Assembly: GCF_030028105.1 (NCBI RefSeq)
Contig: NC_092383.1
Location: forward strand, 97,301,604 to 97,365,603
Direction: 5' to 3'
DNA from: Mobula birostris
Lineage: Eukaryota
Length of the DNA stretch: 64,000 bases
In this document: positions 24,525 to 36,248 of the stretch, one piece after another
How the letters are laid out: every line of letters begins with the position of its first letter
How positions within the stretch are numbered: the stretch's first letter is position 1
Position numbers and translations under genes: made by a program
The notes under the pieces: model-generated
The model's database searches: none
What the model was told of the DNA's origin: nothing
Seen by the model: the letters and a program-made list of their open reading frames with translations, nothing else

Positions 24525-24820
24525 TGCCCCATCTCCCCCTCATACCCCATCTGTTATTTATTTTTATACACACTTCCTTTCTCACTCTCTCCTTTTTCTC
24601 CCTCTGTCCCTCTGACTATACCCCTTGCCCATCCTCTGGGTTCCCCCCACCCCTTGTCTTTCTCCCTGGGCCTCCTGTCCCATGATCCTCTCGTATCCCC
24701 TTTTGCCTATCACCTGTCCAGCTCTTGGCTCCATCCCTTCCCCTCCTGTCTTCTCCTATCATTTTGGATATCCCCCTCCACCTCCCACTTTCAAATCTCT
24801 TGCTAACTCTTCCTTCAGTT

Positions 24821-24856
24821 AGTCCTGATGAAGGGTCTCGGCCTGAAACGTCGACT
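24821..24856 (+). ncRNA. Minimal type I hammerhead ribozyme motif (Penelope)
   Basis: AGTC-CTGATGA-AGGGTCTCGGCCT-GAAA-CGTC-GACT, intact consensus. Confidence 0.8.
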
Positions 24857-25489
24857 GTACCTCTTCCTAGAGATGCTGCCTGGCCTGCTGCGTTCACCAG
24901 CAACTTTGATGTGTGCTGCTTGAATTTCCAGCATCTGCAGAATTCTTGTTGTTAATGTTGTTTATGTTGTTTTTTAGCAGGTCTTTGATAAGATGCTGTA
25001 CATGAGGCTGCTTAACAGGATAAGAGCCCATGGTATTACAGGAAAGATACTAGCATGGTTAGAAAATTGGCTGACTGGCAGGAGGCAAAGAAAGGGAATG
25101 AAGAGGACTATACTGTTTGGCTGCCGGAGACCAGTGTTGTTCCTCAGCGGTTGGTTCTGGGACTGATTATTTTCACAATATTATGTCCATGAGTTGGATG
25201 ATGGAAATGATCGCTTTGTGGCTAAATTTGCAAATGATACAAAGGTAGGAAAAGACGAGGAAATAGGGAGTCTGCAGGACTCAGACAGATTAGGAGAATA
25301 GGCAGAGGAATGTTTGGTAGAATACAGTTGATGAAACTGGATGATCATTCACTTTGGCAGAAGGAATAAAGGCATAGAATATTTTCTAAACAGGGAGTGA
25401 ATTCTGAAATTAGAGGTTCAAGGGGGCTTTGGAATCCTGGTGCAGTATTTCCAAAAGGTTAACTTGAAGATTGAGTCAGTAGCAAAGAC

Positions 25490-28400
25490 AGAAACAAAGA
25501 AACATAGAATAGAAAACCTACAGCACAATACAGGCCCTTCAGCCCACAATGCTGTGCCAAACATGTACTTAAGTTACAAATTACGTAGGATTACCCACAG
25601 CCCTCTATATTTCTAAGCTCCATGTACCTATCCAGGAGCCTCTTAAAAGACTTTATTGTATCCACCTCTACCACCGTCACCAGCAGCTTGTTCCGTGCAC
25701 TCACCACTATCTGCATAAAAAACTTACCCCTAACATCTCCTCAGTACCTACTTTCAAGCACTGTAAAATTGTGCCCTTTCACGTTAGCCATCTTAGCCCT
25801 GGGAAAAAGCCACTGACTATCCACATGATCAATGCCTCTCCTCATCTTATACACCTTTATCAGGTCATCTCTCATCCTCTGTCACTCCAAGGAGAAAAGG
25901 CCAAGTTCACTCAACCTATTCTCATAATGCATGCTCCCCAATCCATGCAAAACACTTCTAAATCTTCTGAAATGCCTGTTTCGCTGTTGCTACTACTGTG
26001 TGGTCCGGGATCTCCGGAGGGGAAGGCCCCGACTCCTCCGCTTTGCTTGTTGCTCGGCGTCCGGGGCAGGGTCAAAGCACTTGGCAGATATGGTGCTCGG
26101 TGCTCGGTGTCGGAGGATTGGTCGGAGGTTCAAAGGTTTTGGACGGACTTAGAGTCGGCTGCGGTCGGGTGCTTCCAATACACCAGCAAGTTTGCGGCGC
26201 TTGGAGGTTCATGGCAGGGGGAGTTTCTCCCTTCTACTGTCTGCATGAGATGATGGGGCTATCGGGACTTGAGACTTTTTTACCGTGCCCATGGTCTGCT
26301 CTTTATCATATTACGGTATTGCTTTGCACTGTTGTAACTATATGTTATAATTATGTGGCTTTGTCAGTTTTAGTCTTGGTTTGTCCTGTGTTTCTGTGAT
26401 ATCTTTCTGGAGGAACATTGTATCATTTTTTAATGCATGCATTTCTAAATGACAATAAATGAGGACTGAGTGTACTCATAATCTAATCTAATCTAAATCT
26501 CCTCTACACCCTTTCTATAGTTTCCACATCCTTCCGGTAGTGAGGCGACCAGAACTGAGCACAGTACTCCAAGTGGGGTCTGTCCAGGGTCCTATAAAGC
26601 TGCAATATTACCTCTCGGCTCCCAAGCTCAATCCCACGGTTGATGAAGGCCAATGTACCATATGCCCCCTTGGAGTCCGAATATGGACTCGGACCCCAAG
26701 ATCCCTCTGATCCTTCACACTGCCAAGAGGCTAGCCATTAATACCATATTCTGCCATCATATTTGACCAACCAAAATGAAGCACATCACACTTATCTGGG
26801 TTGAACTCCATCTGCCACTTCTCAGCCTCGTTTTGTATCCTATCGATGTCCTGCTGTAACCTTTGACAGCCCTCCATACTATCTACAACACCCCCAACCT
26901 TTGTGTCATCAGCAAATTTACTAACACAGCCCACCACTTCCTCATCCAGGTCATTTATAAAAATCACGAAGAGTAAGGGTTCCAGAACAGATCCCGGAGG
27001 CACACCACTGGTCACCGACCTCTATACTGAATATGACCCGTCTACGACCACTCTTTGTCTTCTGTGGGCAAGCCGTTTCTGGATCCACAAAGCAAGGTCC
27101 CCTTGGATCCCACGCCTTTTTACTTTTTCAATAACCCTTGCAAGGGGAACCTTATCAAAAGCCTTGTTGTAATCTATATACACTACATCTACTGCTCTAC
27201 CTTCATCAATGTGTTTAGTGGCATCCTCAAAAATTCAACCAGGCTCGAAAGGCATGGCCTGCCTTTGACAAAGCCATGCTGACTATTCCTATCATATTAT
27301 GCCTCTCCAAATGTTCATAAATCCTGCCTCTCAGGATCTTTTCCATCAACTTACCAACCACTGAAGTAATACTCACTGGTCTACAGTTTCCAGTGCTATC
27401 TCTGCTCACTTCCTTGAATAAGGGAACGACATCCACAGCCCTCCAATCCTTCGGAACATCTCTCATCCCCACTGATGATGCAAACATCATTGTCAGAGGT
27501 TCAACAATCTCCTCCCTCGCCTCCCACAGTTGCCTTGTGTACATCTCGTCTGGTCCCAGAGACTTATCCAACTTGATGCTTTCCAAAACCTCCATCACAT
27601 CCTCTTTCTTAATATCTATATGCTCAAGCTTTTCAGCCTGCTGTGAGTCATCCCTACAACCACCAAGATCCTTTTCCATAGTGAATGCTGAAGCAATGTA
27701 TTCATTAAGTACCTCTGCTATCTCCTTAGGTTCCAGACACACTTTTCCACTCTCACACTTGATTGGTCCTATTCTCTCACATGTTATCCTCTTGCTCTTC
27801 ACATACCTGTAGAATGCCTTGGGGTTTTCCTTAATCCTGCCCACCAAAGCCTTCTCATGGCCCCTTCTGGCTCACTGTATTTCATTCTTAAGCTCCTTCC
27901 TGCTAGCCTTATAATCTTCTAGATCTCTACAATTACCTAGTTTTTTGAACCTTTCGTAAGCATTCCTTTTCTCCTTGACTGGATTTTCGACAGCCTTTGT
28001 ACACCATAGTACCTGTACCCTACCATGTTTTCCCTGTCTCATTGAAATGTACCTATGCAGAACTTCACGCAAATATCCCCTGAACATTTGCCACATTTAT
28101 GCCATACATTTCCCTGAGAACATCTGTTCCCTATTTACACTTCCAAGTTCCTGCCTAATAGCCTCATATTTTCCCTTACTCCAATTAAACACTTTCCTAA
28201 CTTGTCTGTTCCTATCCCCCTCCAATACTATTGTAAATAAGATAGAATTGTGATCACTATCTCCAAAATGCTCTCCCACTGAGAGATCTGACACCTGACC
28301 AGGTTCATTTCCCAATATGAGATCAATTACAGCCTCTCTTCTTGTAGGCTTATCTATATATTGTGTCAAGGAACCTTCCAGAACATACCTAACAAACTCC

Positions 28401-29420
28401 ACCCCATCTGAACCCCTTGCTCTAGGGATATGCTAATCAATATTTGGGAAATTAAAATCTCTCACCATGACAACTCTGTTATTATTACATCTTTCCAGAA
28501 TCTGTCTCCCATCTGCGCCTCGATGTCCCTGTTATTATTGGGTGATCTATAAAAAACACTCAGTAGAGTTATTGACCCCTTCCTGTTCCTAACTTCACCC
28601 ACAGAGACTCCGTAGACAATCCCTCCATGTCTTCCTCCTTTTCTGCAGCCGTGACATGATTTCTCATCAGCAGGGCCACGCACCCACCTCTTTTGCTTCC
28701 CTCCTTGTCCTTTCTGAAATATCTAAAGCCTGGCACTCTGAGTAATCATTCCTGCCTGAGCCATCCAAGTCTCTGTAATGGCCACAGCATCATAGCTCCA
28801 AGTACTGATCCACTCTTTAAGCTCATCCGCTTTGTTCATAATACTCCTTGCATTAAAATAGACACATCTCAAACCATCAGTCTGAGCGCATACCTTCTCT
28901 ATCAACTGCCTATCCTCCCTCTTACACTGTCTACAAGCTTTCTCTACCTGTGAGCCAACCACCCCTTACCCTGTCTCTTCAGTTCAGTTCCCAGCAATTC
29001 TAGTTCAAACTCTCCCGAATTGCCTTAGCAAACCTCCTGGCCAGGATATTGGTCCGCATTGGATTCAAGTGCAACCCGTCCTTTTTGTACAGGTCACACC
29101 TGCCCCAAAAGAGATCCCAGTGATCCAGAAATCTGAATCTCTTACCCTGCTCCAATCCCTCAGCTACGTATTTATCCTCCACCTCATTCTATTCCTACCC
29201 TCACTGTCACACGGCAAAGCTGGTAATCCCGAGATTACTACCTTTGAGGTCCTGCTTCTCAACTTCCTTCCTAACTCCCTGTGGTCTGTTTTCAGGACCT
29301 CCTCCCTCTTCCTACCTATGTTATTGGTACCAATATGTACCACGATCTCTGTTTGTTCTCCCTCCTGCTTCAGGATATCGTGGTCACGATCAGAAACTCA
29401 CGGACCTTGGCAGCTAGGAG
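25490..29420 (-). mobile_element. CR1 LINE, near full length, decayed (ORF1 esterase, endonuclease, RT)
   Basis: FRFLDHWDLFWGRCDLYKKDGLHLN (ORF1 esterase), VYFNARSIMNKADEL, TSGVPPGSVLEPLLFVIFINDLD and FADDTK; tail at 25490-25510. Confidence 0.85.
25966..26493 (+). mobile_element. LINE 3'UTR-like insertion with (TAATC)n tail inside the CR1
   Basis: GC-rich then AT-rich non-coding segment ending ACAATAAA..TAATCTAATCTAATC; TAAATCT occurs on both sides and the CR1 resumes after it. Confidence 0.55.
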
Positions 29421-30100
29421 GCAAACTACTAACCTTGTTTCTTTCCTGTGTCCACAGATGTCAAATGCAATGTTTGCAACCATTTTCGGAGCACGAGAAT
29501 ATGAAAACAAGGATATAATGCCAAGGCTTTATCATCGTTGGTCAGAATGCATGGAGTATTGTGAGCAGTTTTTGTTCCTTCTCTCAGGACAGATGTTTTG
29601 GCATTAGAGACGGTCCAGAGGACTTTCATGAGAATGATGCTGAAAATGAAAGGGTTAATGTATGAGGAGCTTTTAATGGCTTGGGCTTATACTCAGTGGA
29701 GTTGAAGAAGAATATTGGGGGATCTCATTGAAAATTATTGAATAATGAAAATATTGAATATAGATTGGACATGGAAAGGATGTTTCCAGAAATGGGGTAG
29801 TACAGGACCAGTGGGGTACTAACTTAGAATACAAGAACATCCCTGTGTAACAGAGATGAGGGAGGATTTATTTTGCCTTAGGATGTGAATCTGCAGAATT
29901 CATTGCCACAATGATCTGCAGAGGCCATGTCACTGTGTATTTAAAATGGAGGTTCATAGATTCTTGATTAGTCAGGGCTCCAAAGGTAACGGGGAGAAGG
30001 CAGAAGAAAGGCATTGAGAGGAAAGGTGAATCAGCCATGACTGAATGGCATAGCAGACTCGATTGGCTGAATGGTATAACTCCGCTCCTATATGTCTTAT
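29420..30100 (+). mobile_element. CR1 3' end, degenerate
   Basis: ENKDIMPRLY...MEYCEQF, followed by a CR1-type 3'UTR. Confidence 0.6.
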
Positions 30101-31399
30101 GGCTCACCAGCAAATCTGCAGACCTGACTCAGGAAGAGAAGGAGGATGAACATTCATCAGTCTACGTTGATGAATGGCGTTGGAGAGAATCAGCAGTTTT
30201 ATTAATTCCTGTGCATAAATATGCTGGATAATCTGTTTCCGACCCCGTGCATGGATGCAAACGCTGTAGAAGGAAAGTGTGCCACCTACATAAAGTTTGG
30301 CTTGTCACTGAACACTCTGACAAGCAATTACAGTTGAAAGTATCCTGGTTACATAATTGTCTTGTAAGAAGATGCATAAAGTAATGAGATCTGTCTAACA
30401 CAGCAAAGGTACATCCCTCCCTGCCAAGAAGGCAAGATTGCCTCAAGAAGGCAGTGTCCGTCATCAAAGATCTCCAATATCTCGGCTAAGCCAGCTTTTT
30501 GCAGCTATCTTTGGGCAGTTGGTACGGAAGCTTAAAGTCCTACATGGTCAAGTTCAATCAGAATCAGGTTTAATATCACCGGATATGTCATGAAATTTGT
30601 TAAATTTATGCCAGCAATACAATGAAATACATGATAAATAAATATAGAGGAAAAAAACTGAATTACAGTAAATATATAGGTGAACAAGAACAGCTACTTC
30701 CCCTCAATCATTTGGTTCTTGAAGCAGTTGGAAAACACCTTAATCTCCACAACATTTGATGTTTCAGTCTGAGACTCTCCATTCAGTCCTGATGAAGGGT
30801 CTCTGCCCAAACCACGACTGTTTACTCTTTCCCATGGCTGCTGCCTGACCTGCCAGTTCCTCCTGCATTTTGTGTGTGTTGCTTTGGATTTCCAGCATCT
30901 GCAGATTTTCTCATGTTTATGGATAATTATGCTTTGTTTTGTAAATGCTGCTTATAAGGTGCTTCATGTCTGAGATTATGCTGAAAGTAAGTTTTAATTT
31001 GCAAACATGTACTTGCACACATGACAATAAACTCATCTTTGGACTTTGAACTTTATGGCCATATTGTTCCCTATTATCCAGCCTATCTTCTACTCACACC
31101 ACTACGTTGTTTCCAGTACCACAGGCTTATAGTTTGTGCAAACACTTTCAGTTCAGCACTTTATCACTTGGCTTCCAGAAATCAAAATTATAGTCTTTCT
31201 CATTCCCCTTTATCCAAAACGCATGTCACTTCTTTCAAGAACTTCAGTAAGTTGGTCAAACCCGATTTCCTTTTGACTTTGCCCGATTGCCTTCAAGCCT
31301 TCTCAATAGGACGTCATTAAAAGTAGCTTTGCCATATTATCTGACATGTTGTTCTGTGGCTTTCTGTCATCTATTTGAAATGAGGGGTTACTATTAATG

Positions 31400-31608
31400 A
31401 CATCAAACATAATCGCTGTAAATCTTCATGTCTTACGGAAGTGATCAGTCACTGACATGCACCCACTGTCACAGCCTCCATGCTGACGTGAAGTTGTGGC
31501 TTCCTGAATGTGCTCACAACGCCTATACACGTTCTCAGACGGCTCACAACCAACAACCAGCTGCAAGCAGAAGCCAGTCCTATCGAACACTGCAGTTGCT
31601 GGAGAGAT
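31400..31608 (+). promoter_or_regulatory. Putative promoter/5'UTR of gene B
   Basis: Non-repetitive island with ETS CGGAAGTG (31436-31443), TGACGT and TTCC motifs upstream of the leader ATG. Motif matches only. Confidence 0.35.
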
Positions 31609-31663
31609 ATGGCCTTCGGGTGGTTTCTCAGCTCCCTCTGGCTGATGCTGTCCATCTCAGAGC
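31609..31663 (+). CDS. Candidate signal-peptide exon B1 of gene B
   Basis: MAFGWFLSSLWLMLSISE plus 1 nt, then a GTGAGT donor. Phase 1 is in frame with V3. Linkage across the 25.8-kb intron is inferred. Confidence 0.55.
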
Positions 31664-31942
31664 GTGAGTTTAATCAAAAAGAATTGTGTTTTTCACTTAC
31701 TTCTGTCCAAGGCCTCTGTTATTTCCACAGTTCTCGTCCAAGGCTCCCAGAGGAGGGACAGTAGGAACTGAACAGAAAGTGAAGTTCTCTATACGCTGTC
31801 CCAATGCACACTCCCAGGGAGTTGGTTAGATCGAGAGTGAAGCTCCGTTGCCACTGTGTTGTCACACACTGGCAGTTCCACGTTCAGATACAGAACGTGA
31901 AGTATTCCCTTCGACAATCGCCAAGGAACCACACGCCAAAAC

Positions 31943-31998
31943 ATGTGGATTGGAGTTCCTCTACCCATTCTGTGCCTATCTCATTCCTGTTTATGTGG
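31943..31998 (+). pseudogene. Paralogue of the gene A leader exon (B2), 1 nt out of frame from its ATG
   Basis: Ends TATGTGG|GTAAGGTCAG exactly as leader A and aligns over about 44 nt. From ATG 31943 the donor is phase 2; removing one T gives MWIGVLYPFCAYLIPVYV in phase 1. Confidence 0.55.
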
Positions 31999-32829
31999 GT
32001 AAGGTCAGGTTTTAATGATTGATTGCTTTTAGGGCAGTGAAACGTATGTGAACTGATCTCGGTTCTCGGCCATGCAGGCCTAAGAGTGGCACGCCCTGGT
32101 TTCGTTCTAGTCTACACCCGGAAACTGGAATAGCTGATGAAATATTACCATCTTAACCTTCACCCTCACCCTTTCTCATCCCCTTTACTTCTCTGTTTAG
32201 CCAGACTCTATATCTGCCTACCCAAACATTTTCTCTTTCTCTCCTCTCTTCCTATTTCAGTCCCCTCTTAATTTGTTTGTTTCGATTATTGCTGTCTGTC
32301 TCTCCTTAGATCAGTTTCTTTTCTCTCCCCGCCCCTCTCTCTCTCAGGAAATCCAGAAGTCAAAGCTATTTTCTGCATTGCATGTGTTTTTTTTTGCATC
32401 ATTGCACCTCCTGTCACCATTTGATGCAGAGTACAAGTAAACACCATCCCTCTGAGCGTTAGCTTATCACGAGCGAGCAGCAAGCCCTTAAACTTGCACA
32501 GAGGCGCTGGCCATTCAGGAAGCTCAGGTCCTCTCTCTCTCTCGCCTGAGAAATTGTGTAATAGGAAGGCACCCCCTTCGTCACTGGTGTTGGACTCCAC
32601 AGTCTTCCTCTATCTCCAGACTGATTCCCCATTTTCTTCTAGTCTAACACCATTGACAGCTGATTTGTCAAAGTCCAGGATGAGTCCATTGTCATGTGCA
32701 CAAGGGCAATGATCAGCCACAGGCATGTCAAATCATATAAGCAGCATTCACAGGAAAAGTATCAGCACAATTTTTACCAAAAGGAATTCAATCAGGACAA
32801 AAAATATCAAAGTGTATTTTCGTGGAAAG

Positions 32830-33240
32830 TGATCAATCTGGTCACTTAGAAAATTTAGAGCAGATCTGATAGAGGTATTCAAAATTATGAGGGGAATAAA
32901 TAGGGTAAATGCAAGCAGGCTTTATCTACTGAGGTTGGGTGGGACTACAACCAGAGGTCATGGGTTAAGGGGGAAAGGTGAAAAGTTTAAGGGGAACATA
33001 AGGGGAATCTTCTTCATTCAGATGGTCATGAGAGGAGGATGAGCTGCCAGCAAAAATGGTGCATGCAAGCTGGATTTCAACATTCAAAAGAAGTCTGGAT
33101 ATGTACGTGGATGTTTGGAGTATGGAAAGCTTTGATCCTGGTGGAGATTTATGGGAGAAGGCAGTTTAAACAGTTTCGGCATGGATTAGATGGGCCAAAG
33201 GGCCTCTGTGCTGTACTTCTCTATGACTATGACTCTAGTG
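32830..33240 (+). mobile_element. CR1 3' end
   Basis: GATCTGATAGAGGTATTCAAAATTATGAGGGG...; tail CTATGACTATGACTCT. Confidence 0.7.
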
Positions 33241-34184
33241 TTTTCAAATAGTAGTCATTAGCATTGTGATGGTTGGTTCGGGAACTGAATGGCTGAAGGG
33301 AAGTAGCTGTTTTGGAACCTGGTGGAGTAGGACATCAGGCTCCTGTACCTCCTGCCGATGGTAATGGTGATAAGATGGCATTGCCCGGATGGTGAGAATC
33401 TCTGATGAAGGATGTTGCTTTCTTGATGCAGCACCTCATGTCAACACTACCGATGGTGGGAAGTTTGCTTGAGAATTTGGTGACAGTGTCTATGAAAGTA
33501 AACACACTGGTGCGTTTTCTTTCTGACCACGTCACACACTGTGTGGCAGGTCAGATGCTCCAACCGACCCAGATCCATCACAGTACCACCAGGAGGATCA
33601 GTGGTGGAGGAATTCCTTCTGAGATTCTCTAGTAAATCAAGGCCCACCAGTGGCAACAAGACTAGATCCCCCTGCCTCTGGAGTCAGGTCAATAGGTGGT
33701 CCCAGGATCCTGGGTCTGAAAGTCCAGCTAGAATCAGGTTGATTGGCAGAGAGGAATGACTTTCCCTAGTGCTCACATATCACCCACACACCTAACCTTA
33801 GAGACATGCCTCGAGGGAAAATAACATCTGTTGCTCCTGCACTGGGCAATTTATAGCCCTGCTGACTTTATAATGCAGAAACTGACATTTACAGGCCATA
33901 TTCTCCTTCTTGCCCAGGACCCAGAATCAGAGAGAAACACAGCTGCAGCGTGTTTAGAGTCAAAGGTTTACAACAGAGAGATAGGTCTTTTGTCCCAATT
34001 TGCCCAGATCAATCAAGGAAAAAAAGCTCTCACCTATTCAGTTTTTCCTTCAAACTCAAACCCTGCAGTCCCGGTAATATCCTTGTGGATATTTTTCTGA
34101 ACCCCTTCTGGTTTAATGATAGCAACACACATCAAAGTTGCTGGTGAACGCAGCAGGGCAGGCAGCATCTCTAGGAAGAGGTAC

Positions 34185-34220
34185 AATCGACGTTTCAGGC
34201 CGAGACCCATCGTCAGGACT
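34185..34220 (-). ncRNA. Hammerhead ribozyme motif with two stem substitutions
   Basis: AGTCCTGACGATGGGTCTCGGCCTGAAACGTCGATT on the minus strand. Confidence 0.6.
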
Positions 34221-36212
34221 AACTGAAGGAAGAGTGAGTAAGAGATTTGAAAGTGGGAGGGGGAGGGGGAGATCCAAAATGATAGGAGAAGACAGGAGGG
34301 GGAGGGATGGAGCCAAGAGCTGAACAGATGATTGGCAAAGGGGATATGAGAGGATCATGGGACAGGAGGTCTGGAGAGAAAGACAAAGGGGGGAGGAACC
34401 CAGAGGATGGGGAAGGGGTATATTCAGAGGGACAGAGGGAGAAAAAGGAGAGGGAGAGAAAGAATGTGTGTATATAAATAAATAACGGATGGGGTACGAG
34501 GGGGAGGTGGGGCACTAGCAGAAGTTAGAGAAGCCAATGTTCATGCCATCATGTTGGAGGCTACCCAGACGGAATATAAGGTGTTGTTCCTCCAACCTGA
34601 GTGTGGCTTCATCTTTACGGTAGAGGAGGCCGTGGATAGACATGTCAGAATGGGAATGGGATGTGGAATTAAAATGTGTGGCCATTGGGAGATCCTGCTT
34701 TCTCTGGTGGACAGAGCATAGGTGTTCAGCAAAACGATCTCCCAGTCTGCGTCGGGTCTTGCCAATATATAGAAGTCCACATCGGGAGCACCGGACGCAG
34801 TATATCACCCCAGTCGACTCACAGGTGAAGTGTTGCCTCACCTGGAAGGACTGTTTGGGGTCCTGAATGGTGGTGAGGGAGGAAGTGTAAGGGCCTGTGT
34901 AGCACTTGTTCCACTTCCAATGATAAGTGCCAGGAGGGAGATCAGTGGGGAGGGATGGGGGGGATGAATGGACAAGGGAGTCGCGTAGGGAGCGATCCTT
35001 GCGGAAAGCAGAGGGGGGGAGGGAAAGATGTGCTTAGTGGTGGGATCCCGTTGGAGGTGGCGGAAGTTACGGAGAATAATATGTTGGACCCGGAGGCTGG
35101 TGGGGTGGTAGGTGAGGACCAGGGGAACCCTATTCCTAGTGGGGTGGCGGGAGGATGGAGTGAGAGCAGATGTGTGTGAAATGGGGGAGATGTGTTTGAG
35201 AGCAGAGTTGATAGTGGAGGAGGGGAAGCCCCTTTCTTTAAAAATGGAGGACATCTCCCTCGTCCTGGAATGAAAAGCCTCATCCTGAGAGCAGATGCGG
35301 CGGAGACGGAGGAATTGCGAGAAGGGGATGGCATTTTTGCAAGTGACAGGGTGAGAAGAGGAATAGTCCAGATAGCTGTGAGAGTCAGGAGGCTTATAGT
35401 AGTCATCAGTGGATAAGCTGTCTCCAGAGATAGAGACAGAAAGATCTAGAAAGGGGAGGGAGGTGTCGGAAATGAACCTGGTAAACTTGAGGGCAGGGTG
35501 AAAGTTGGAGGCAAAGTTAATAAAGTCAACGAGCGCTGTGGGAGCGGTGTGGGACGAGGGTTTTGTTTTCAGGGCCCCAGACAGTCCTTCCAGGTGAGGT
35601 GACACTTCACATGTGAGTCGGCTGGGGTGATATACTGCATCTGCTGCTCCCGATGTGGCCTTCTATATATTGGCAAGACGTGACGCAGACTGGGAGCCCG
35701 CTTTGCTGAACACCTACGCTCTGTCCGCCAGAGAAAGCAGTATCTCCCAGTGGCCACATATTTTAATTCCACATCCAATTCCCATTCTGACATGTCTATC
35801 CATGGCCTCCTCTACTATAAAGATGAAGCCACACTCAGGTTGGAGGAACAACACCTTATATTCTACCTGGGTAGCCTCCAACCTGATGGCATGAACATCG
35901 ACTTCTCTAACTTCTGCTAATGCCCCACCTCCCCCTCGTACTCCATCCGTTATTTATTTATATACACACATTCTTTCTCTCACTCTCCTTTTTCTCCCTC
36001 TGACTATACCTCTTGCCCATCCTCTGGGTTCCCCCCCACCCCCCGCTTGTCTTTGTCCCCAGACCTCCTGTCCCATGATCCTCTCATATCCCTTTTGCCA
36101 ATCACCTGTCCAGCTCTTGGCTCCATCCCTCCCCCTCCTGTCTTCTCCTGTCATTTTGGATCTCCCCCTCCACATCCCACTTTCAAATCTCTTACTAACT
36201 CTTCCTTCAGTT

Positions 36213-36248
36213 AGTCCTGACGAAGGGTCTCGGCCTGAAACGTCGACT
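36213..36248 (+). ncRNA. Minimal type I hammerhead ribozyme motif, intact
   Basis: AGTC-CTGACGA-AGGGTCTCGGCCT-GAAA-CGTC-GACT. Confidence 0.8.

Larger units (their letters stand above)
23169..24951. mobile_element. Penelope-like element, inverted (tail-out) structure, 14-bp TSD
   Basis: Minus copy 23169-24110 joined to plus copy 24111-24951, both with GIY-YIG ORFs. TTAATGTTGTTTAT at 23155-23168 and 24952-24965. Confidence 0.9.
23090..25490 (+). mobile_element. CR1 RT fragment split by the Penelope insertion
   Basis: FDEITGRIDKGESINVVY (23110-23168) resumes after 24952 with degenerate RT sequence. Confidence 0.6.
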
